A DNA stretch of 64,000 bases, from the IMG/VR virus record IMGVR_UViG_3300044294_000547; one strand, given 5' to 3'. The position numbers were made by a program, and so were the translations under genes. This document shows, in pieces, positions 58,890 through 64,000 of the stretch. The notes beneath the pieces were generated by a model. It searched no databases and was not told the origin of the DNA. It was given only the letters and a program-made list of their open reading frames with translations. Position 1 is the stretch's first letter, and every line of letters starts with the position of its first letter. Source of the stretch: an uncultured virus (IMG/VR IMGVR_UViG_3300044294_000547) (lineage: Duplodnaviria; Heunggongvirae; Uroviricota; Caudoviricetes).

Positions 58890-59232
58890 TAAATTTCCTC
58901 AACCTGTAACCAATAGATGAAATACAATCCTTAAAATCAACCTCTTGTCCGATGTTTTTTATTGAGGCTGCTGCATTGGTCTCCAAAAGAATTCCTGTTT
59001 CCCCATCAACCCTCCAAAAAAAGAATCTGTCTAAACGCTCAGGATCCATCATATAAACATATTTCATCAAATTTTCTGGTATAGATGAACAGGCTACACA
59101 TGTCGGTTCTGCATTTGAAACTGCAACACAAGACCAACAAAATATGTCATTTCTATCAAGCATTTTGGTAGAGATAGCGGCCTTCACAATCTCTGCCTGC
59201 TTTAGAGGCATCACCACATGGAAGACATCCAT
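58882..59232 (-). CDS. Hypothetical protein (116 aa)
   Basis: Likely start MDVFHVV after GAGAGGTGG; overlaps the terL start. Confidence 0.6.
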   Translation of the reverse strand: MDVFHVVMPLKQAEIVKAAISTKMLDRNDIFCWSCVAVSNAEPTCVACSSIPENLMKYVYMMDPERLDRFFFWRVDGETGILLETNAAASIKNIGQEVDFKDCISSIGYRLRKFNG

Positions 59233-59407
59233 GAGACCACCACCTCTCCCAAAAACATCTACCCAAAAACGCCAGAAATACCTCCACAAAAACAATATGT
59301 ACTTGATGCTCCTTGGGTAGACTTTGAGATTATGGCTATCTTGGAGACTGCTCATGCGGCACATCTTTCTCAGCATACAAGCGCCAATAGAACACAACTC
59401 CGATACA

Positions 59408-59551
59408 CTATCGGTCGCAACTATTATCGCCAATATGCAATCGACCTCGTAGAGAGATATTGAAGTTGGCGTATGCGTCTCGGTCATTGTTGTGGTTGCA
59501 ACTTTGACATACGAAGCGCCTGTCGCGTGACTGAGTATATTCACAGGCAAT
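59408..59551 (-). pseudogene. tnpB: TnpB (IS200/IS605-type) C-terminal remnant
   Basis: Frame without a start codon reads IACEYTQSRDRRFVCQSCNHNNDRDAYANFNISLRG, matching the TnpB pattern F.C..C....DRD.NA..NI..RG. Confidence 0.65.
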
Positions 59552-59838
59552 TTAAACTTTGTTCATGTTCTACTGAGGTGGCTGCCTGTGTCAAATATTC
59601 CGAATCAGCACTTGAAGATTGAATGTGAAGTTTTGTCAACATGATGCGAATATGTGCGGAATTTCTAGCGATTGCTTTTTTTTGAGTTCAGTTGCATTGG
59701 CGCATTTTCTTCTATGAGAAAAGAACCGTTAGTTAGAGTTTTAATTGTATTGACGCTGTGCTGCAAAGCACTCAAGTCTTTTTCAGTTTGTTCCGCAGAA
59801 ACTTCATCTGATACAGGAAAAATTCTAGGATTTGGCAT
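59541..59838 (-). pseudogene. Small fibre-adjacent gene interrupted at an A8 tract
   Basis: 57-aa ORF stops at 59665. Removing one A from the tract (59676-59683) gives a continuous ~98-aa frame ...SKKAIARNSAHIRIMLTK.... Confidence 0.55.
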
Positions 59839-59855
59839 TTAGTTTACTTTCGTGT

Positions 59856-60284
59856 TTAGTTCGCAAACATTTCAAATGTATCAAACTGAACACCACCAAG
59901 TGATACGATAACTGTATCAGGATCACTGTCCGAGGCAAAAGTGATCCATTGCCCATTGGAAACTGTTATTTCAAAACCATCGGGTGGAATTGTATCCATG
60001 GAAGGTAGAATAAATGTTGGTTCTGATGGGCCCACACCTAGTATCCCGAAATCTTGTGTGCCCGCAGGTTGAGAGTTTGTTACTTTGTAGTACAGTTGCG
60101 ATCTAGAATTGTCGTAGTAGACCGTGAAAGTTACTGGCTGATTTATGCCCTTAATCTGCCTGGAAGAACCGTTGTACTGAGTACCAAATCCCGTATCGGT
60201 AGTTCCAACATCTGCCCATTGAACAGCATTGGGAGTCACATCCCTAACATTGGCGTGGCCTCGTAAACCCACAATGTGTCTCAT
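59856..60284 (-). CDS. Small beta-rich fibre-associated protein
   Basis: ATGA-coupled to the fibre gene; Thr/Gly/Asp-rich. Confidence 0.7.
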   Translation of the reverse strand: MRHIVGLRGHANVRDVTPNAVQWADVGTTDTGFGTQYNGSSRQIKGINQPVTFTVYYDNSRSQLYYKVTNSQPAGTQDFGILGVGPSEPTFILPSMDTIPPDGFEITVSNGQWITFASDSDPDTVIVSLGGVQFDTFEMFAN

Positions 60285-61948
60285 GTTCCTAGTGCTCCTG
60301 CAAGATTAAATGTGTTGGCAACATAGGCAACAAGAGAGGCGGATGCGTGTTGGCCTGCGGTTTTGGTGTAAGATCCAAACGAGTTAATTGTGGTTCCTGA
60401 TGCAGAGAAAGTTACTTGACCTGCTCCCAATTGAATTACGGTAACACTGTAACCGGCACCAAGTCCACTAGGAACAGTAACCGTGATTGAACTCGCGTTG
60501 TTCATTGTGATTACTTTACCGTTATCTGATGCAGCAAGTGTGTATGTTGTGCCTGTTTGAGCATTTATTCCACTAGAAGAAAGTGCGTAAGCAGAGGCAT
60601 TTACTCCACCTGGCGCGGTCACAGTTCCGTAAATAGTGGCAGATGTTTGTGAGGTGGCACCAATCACGGCGGTGTTGCTGCCTAGACCCACAGCCTCAGA
60701 ACCAATCACAATTTCAGAACTTGGAGCATCACCGCTTGCCCGCGAGTTATAACCAATGTAGATGTTATTTGTGCCGCCAGAGGTATGATTGGTGTTGCTG
60801 CTTGTTTTATAACGAGCAGCACCACCACCGATTGCGGTGACGCCCGTTCCGCTTGTAGCGTTTCTTAAAGCAGAATTACCAATCGCGGAGTTGTCTGAGC
60901 CATTTATAGAAAAGAGTGCTTCTGCGCCCACCGCAGTGTTTTGTTGGCCTGTGGTGAGCGTGTAGAGGGCATTAATGCCGATTGCTGCGTTGTACGATCC
61001 AGATGTGTTGCTTAGCATTGAGTTGTAGCCGATGCTCACATTGCCAATGGAAGTCACAGAGGCACTTCCAAACAACGCTTGATATCCGATGGCAGTATTC
61101 GTTCGTGCCGTGGTGGCTCGATACATGGCGCTCGTACCAACGGCTAGATTGCCGTAGGCAGTAGTGGTGCCGTCGCCGTTGAGATTCAACAATGCTTGGG
61201 AACCAATCGCCACATTGTCAACGCCTGCGGTGTTAGCAGCCAAACTTGAAGAGCCGACACCAACATTGCGAGCACCCGTCGTATTGGCGTTGACGGCAGA
61301 AGAACCGATGGCAACATTCGTGCTGACATCTCCTGCACCGCGACCGACTCGCAATCCGTTTACGAAACAATCCTTTGCCACGCCAATACCGCCCGAGACA
61401 ACAAGTGCGCCCGTGGTACTGTTACTGCTCGCCGTTGTCGCCGCAGCCGTAAGCACGCCCGCGAAGTTGCCCGTGCCGCCCACGAACAGCGCACCCGACA
61501 CACCGATGCCACCTGTCACAAGAAGCGCACCCGTTGTGGTGCTCGTGCTCGCCGTGCCGCTTGTCGCTCGCAGTTGACCACCTGCGGCAACAGTGCTAGA
61601 GCCCGTGATGGCACCGTCTGCGTCGATATTGCCTGTTGAGGTAACGCTCGAAAACTCTGCGAAAGTAGCGAAGATATCTCCAATGACCGTTAATGTATTA
61701 TTTGCCGTAACTGCACCGTCAAATATTTTTTCTCCAACAATAGTTTGCGTTGTTGCTATGGTGACTAGATTTTCCGTCAGGTCAGTTGTTGCTGACAGCT
61801 TTTTGACTGTACCGCTAGTGTTTTTGATGAAGAGCGCCTCGTCTGCAACGTTGATTGCAATTTCTCCAAGTTCTAGTGTGGCATCTGGCTGCGAAGAAGC
61901 ATAAGTGGAGTACAGGTGCTGAATTATACTTTCTCTAGTTACTGGCAT
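60281..61948 (-). CDS. Tail fibre-like protein with adhesin-head-type (N.AIG..AL) repeats
   Basis: LELGEIAINVAD N-terminus, TGALxVxGGIGV repeats, ~14-aa NTAIGYQAL repeats, C-terminal NAQTGTTYTLAASDNGK domain. Confidence 0.8.
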   Translation of the reverse strand: MPVTRESIIQHLYSTYASSQPDATLELGEIAINVADEALFIKNTSGTVKKLSATTDLTENLVTIATTQTIVGEKIFDGAVTANNTLTVIGDIFATFAEFSSVTSTGNIDADGAITGSSTVAAGGQLRATSGTASTSTTTGALLVTGGIGVSGALFVGGTGNFAGVLTAAATTASSNSTTGALVVSGGIGVAKDCFVNGLRVGRGAGDVSTNVAIGSSAVNANTTGARNVGVGSSSLAANTAGVDNVAIGSQALLNLNGDGTTTAYGNLAVGTSAMYRATTARTNTAIGYQALFGSASVTSIGNVSIGYNSMLSNTSGSYNAAIGINALYTLTTGQQNTAVGAEALFSINGSDNSAIGNSALRNATSGTGVTAIGGGAARYKTSSNTNHTSGGTNNIYIGYNSRASGDAPSSEIVIGSEAVGLGSNTAVIGATSQTSATIYGTVTAPGGVNASAYALSSSGINAQTGTTYTLAASDNGKVITMNNASSITVTVPSGLGAGYSVTVIQLGAGQVTFSASGTTINSFGSYTKTAGQHASASLVAYVANTFNLAGALGT

Positions 61949-61987
61949 GCATAACCCTCAATTGTACCACAAAATTATACGATCAGA

Positions 61988-64000
61988 TCAGGTGAAGATT
62001 CCACCCCTGATGTTGGCAATAAGTGTTCCAACCGTGTATCCGGTTGCGCTAGTGTTGACGGTGGTGCTAGGTTCCGATTGAGAATCCACAAAAAGCCTGA
62101 ACTTGCCGTCCGAAGCGTCTCGGAAAAGACCGCAATATAGGTCTAGCGAGCCACTTGTGTCATAGAGACCGTAGAAACCGATATCAACACTGTCAGCGGT
62201 ACTGTTGCCATTAGCGAGTTTTATGAGTGGGTCCTCAACCGACAAGATCGAGGTATTAACTGTGACGGCGGTTCCGTTGACAGTTAGATCACCAGTCACG
62301 GTCAAGTTGTTTCCAACTGTAGCATTGTAGCCAAATGCAACAGTGCCGCCTGCAGCAGATCCTATGTTCACATTTGTGGTTGACCCAGATGCTCCGTTTG
62401 CACCCATATTTATTGTATTGGTGAATCCATTTCCGGTAGCACCGTTGGAAATTCCAGTGGTCGCGCTAGATGCCCCATTATACCCAAAACCAAGTGTGGT
62501 GGCTGCACCGAAGGCATTCACCGTTGTTGCAGTAGTATTAAAGACATTCTGGGTCGTTGCGTTCCCAACAAGTGTACCACCGCGAAGGTTGATTGTTGCT
62601 GTTGTGGAATCACCCATGGTGATGGCGGTGGCTGCGCCACCGATGTTCAGAGTTGTTGCTGTACCGTTAAGCAGATTGAATGTTGCGGCTGATGTTGTGA
62701 GGCCTCCGCCATTGACGGCGAGGTCACCAGTGATCGTGAGGGTGTCCGTCGTCTTGTTATAGGTTAGACCAGAGTCTCCACCTAGGGCGGAACCTCCGTC
62801 ATTGAACATCACTTGGGTGTCGGAACCAGCTACAAGAGCAACTGTGCCAGTGGCATCGGGCAGGGTGATCGTGCGGTCGGCGGTTGGGTCGGCAACAGTG
62901 AGGGTGGTCTCAAAACCATTAGATGTTACGCCCTCCCATATGATGTTCACGGGGGTTACAACAGGAGTTAGATCATCTGTTTGTTTTGTACCCAAATATA
63001 TGTCACCACCCAAAAAATCTGTAGTTGATCCATTTCCAGAATTTACTTTTATAAGTGGAACGCTTCCTTCAAAAAAAACGGAACTAGTAGTGCTCAACGC
63101 GAGTGTACCCGTGGGCGCAATCGTAATATAATTAGAACCACTGTTTGTCGTTACATACGCGTTTGTATTGCCAAGCTTGAGGGTTGAATTTCTTATATGT
63201 GCTACTCCTGTGCTAGTGGAACCAATTGTAACGGCTGTGGCTGCGCCAAAGGCATTTACAGTTGTTGCAGTGTTATTAAAGACATGCTGTGTCGTTAAAT
63301 TGCCAACAAGGGTGCCGCCACGGATGACGGTGGTGGCTATTGTTGAATCACCCATGGTGATGGCGGTGGCTGCGCCACCGAGATTCAGGGTGGCAACCGT
63401 ACTGTCCAGCAGATTGAATGTTGCGGCTGATGTTGTGAGGCCTCCGCCGTTGACGGCGAGGTCGCCTGCAATGGTGAGGGTGTCTCCGTTGACGGCGAGG
63501 TCGCCTGCAATGGTGAGGGTGTCTGTCAACGAGTTGTAGGTCAGGCCATTACTGTCCACCCTCACTGCGGTGGCGCCAGAGGTGGCATTGGTGAATGCTA
63601 TGTATGCAGTTGTGGTGGCATCATCATTTGTGACGCTCACGTTCGTGGCGGTGCCTGTGCTTGACCAGCTGAGGACACCGTTGCCGTCCGTGGTCAGAAC
63701 CTCTGCCGCATCACCATCATTTACCGGCAGGGTGAATGTGTATGCTGCATTCGAAGTGGTGGCAGTAGGCGCCTGGAGGATCACCGTTCCACCACCGTTG
63801 CCACGAGCTGTGAATACTATTTCACTCGTTGTCCCGAGGGTCAAGTCCCCGGTAAGCGATCCGCCGGAAAGCGGCAGATAATTTCCAGCAAGGCTTTTTA
63901 CGGCATACTGGGTTGCCAACTTATTGTTTTCACTGCTGACACTCGACCAGTTGATGGCTGCTTGGTCTTCGATGATCGCACCAACCCAGTTGGAAGTGTT
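61988..64000 (-). CDS. Long tail fibre-like protein, 5'-truncated by the window edge
   Basis: Frame stays open upstream of 63919 to the edge (NTSNWVGAIIEDQAAINW...); Thr/Gly/Ala-rich; DPTADRTITLPDATG and GDLTVNGT..VEDPLIKL motifs. Confidence 0.85.
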   Translation of the reverse strand, partial: NTSNWVGAIIEDQAAINWSSVSSENNKLATQYAVKSLAGNYLPLSGGSLTGDLTLGTTSEIVFTARGNGGGTVILQAPTATTSNAAYTFTLPVNDGDAAEVLTTDGNGVLSWSSTGTATNVSVTNDDATTTAYIAFTNATSGATAVRVDSNGLTYNSLTDTLTIAGDLAVNGDTLTIAGDLAVNGGGLTTSAATFNLLDSTVATLNLGGAATAITMGDSTIATTVIRGGTLVGNLTTQHVFNNTATTVNAFGAATAVTIGSTSTGVAHIRNSTLKLGNTNAYVTTNSGSNYITIAPTGTLALSTTSSVFFEGSVPLIKVNSGNGSTTDFLGGDIYLGTKQTDDLTPVVTPVNIIWEGVTSNGFETTLTVADPTADRTITLPDATGTVALVAGSDTQVMFNDGGSALGGDSGLTYNKTTDTLTITGDLAVNGGGLTTSAATFNLLNGTATTLNIGGAATAITMGDSTTATINLRGGTLVGNATTQNVFNTTATTVNAFGAATTLGFGYNGASSATTGISNGATGNGFTNTINMGANGASGSTTNVNIGSAAGGTVAFGYNATVGNNLTVTGDLTVNGTAVTVNTSILSVEDPLIKLANGNSTADSVDIGFYGLYDTSGSLDLYCGLFRDASDGKFRLFVDSQSEPSTTVNTSATGYTVGTLIANIRGGIFT
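63447..63524. repeat. Perfect 39-bp tandem duplication
   Basis: CCGTTGACGGCGAGGTCGCCTGCAATGGTGAGGGTGTCT x2, encoding DTLTIAGDLAVNG twice. Confidence 0.97.

Noticed and set aside
58882..59232. Gene upstream of terL as the terminase small subunit
   Set aside because: Only position supports it; no HTH or coiled-coil pattern was recognised.
59233..59550. N-terminal half of the listed 222-aa ORF (58882-59550)
   Set aside because: TTG start without SD and implausible sequence; a good SD precedes the ATG at 59232, and another frame carries the TnpB-like motif.

Overview
The window is the virion-morphogenesis region of a large tailed dsDNA phage (Caudoviricetes) using the standard genetic code, with nearly all genes on the minus strand and tightly coupled by ATGA/TGATG overlaps. 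In transcription order (right to left) it holds: two tail-fibre-like genes; a frameshifted small gene and a TnpB-like remnant; terminase large subunit; about 14 small head-region genes rich in K-x-A motifs, including a DUF192-WYL fusion; a portal fused to a Vsr/DUF559-like nuclease; a 1904-aa prohead protease/scaffold; a decoration protein; an HK97-fold major capsid protein followed by a terminator; an accessory block (glycosyltransferases, S8 peptidase, neck protein, PhoH, actin-like ATPase); head-tail joining proteins; tail tube; two paralogous tail chaperones (one with a -1 frameshift); tape measure; and very large tail-tip proteins, the last running off the left edge. No sheath gene is visible, suggesting a siphovirus. 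The most notable candidates are an actin plus putative adaptor pair inside the morphogenesis operon, a ~50-aa module shared by that adaptor and a glycosyltransferase, the portal-nuclease fusion, a K-x-A head-processing signature, and a second hidden -1 frameshift in a head gene. All calls come from reading motifs by eye; no database searches were run, and host and taxonomy cannot be assigned.
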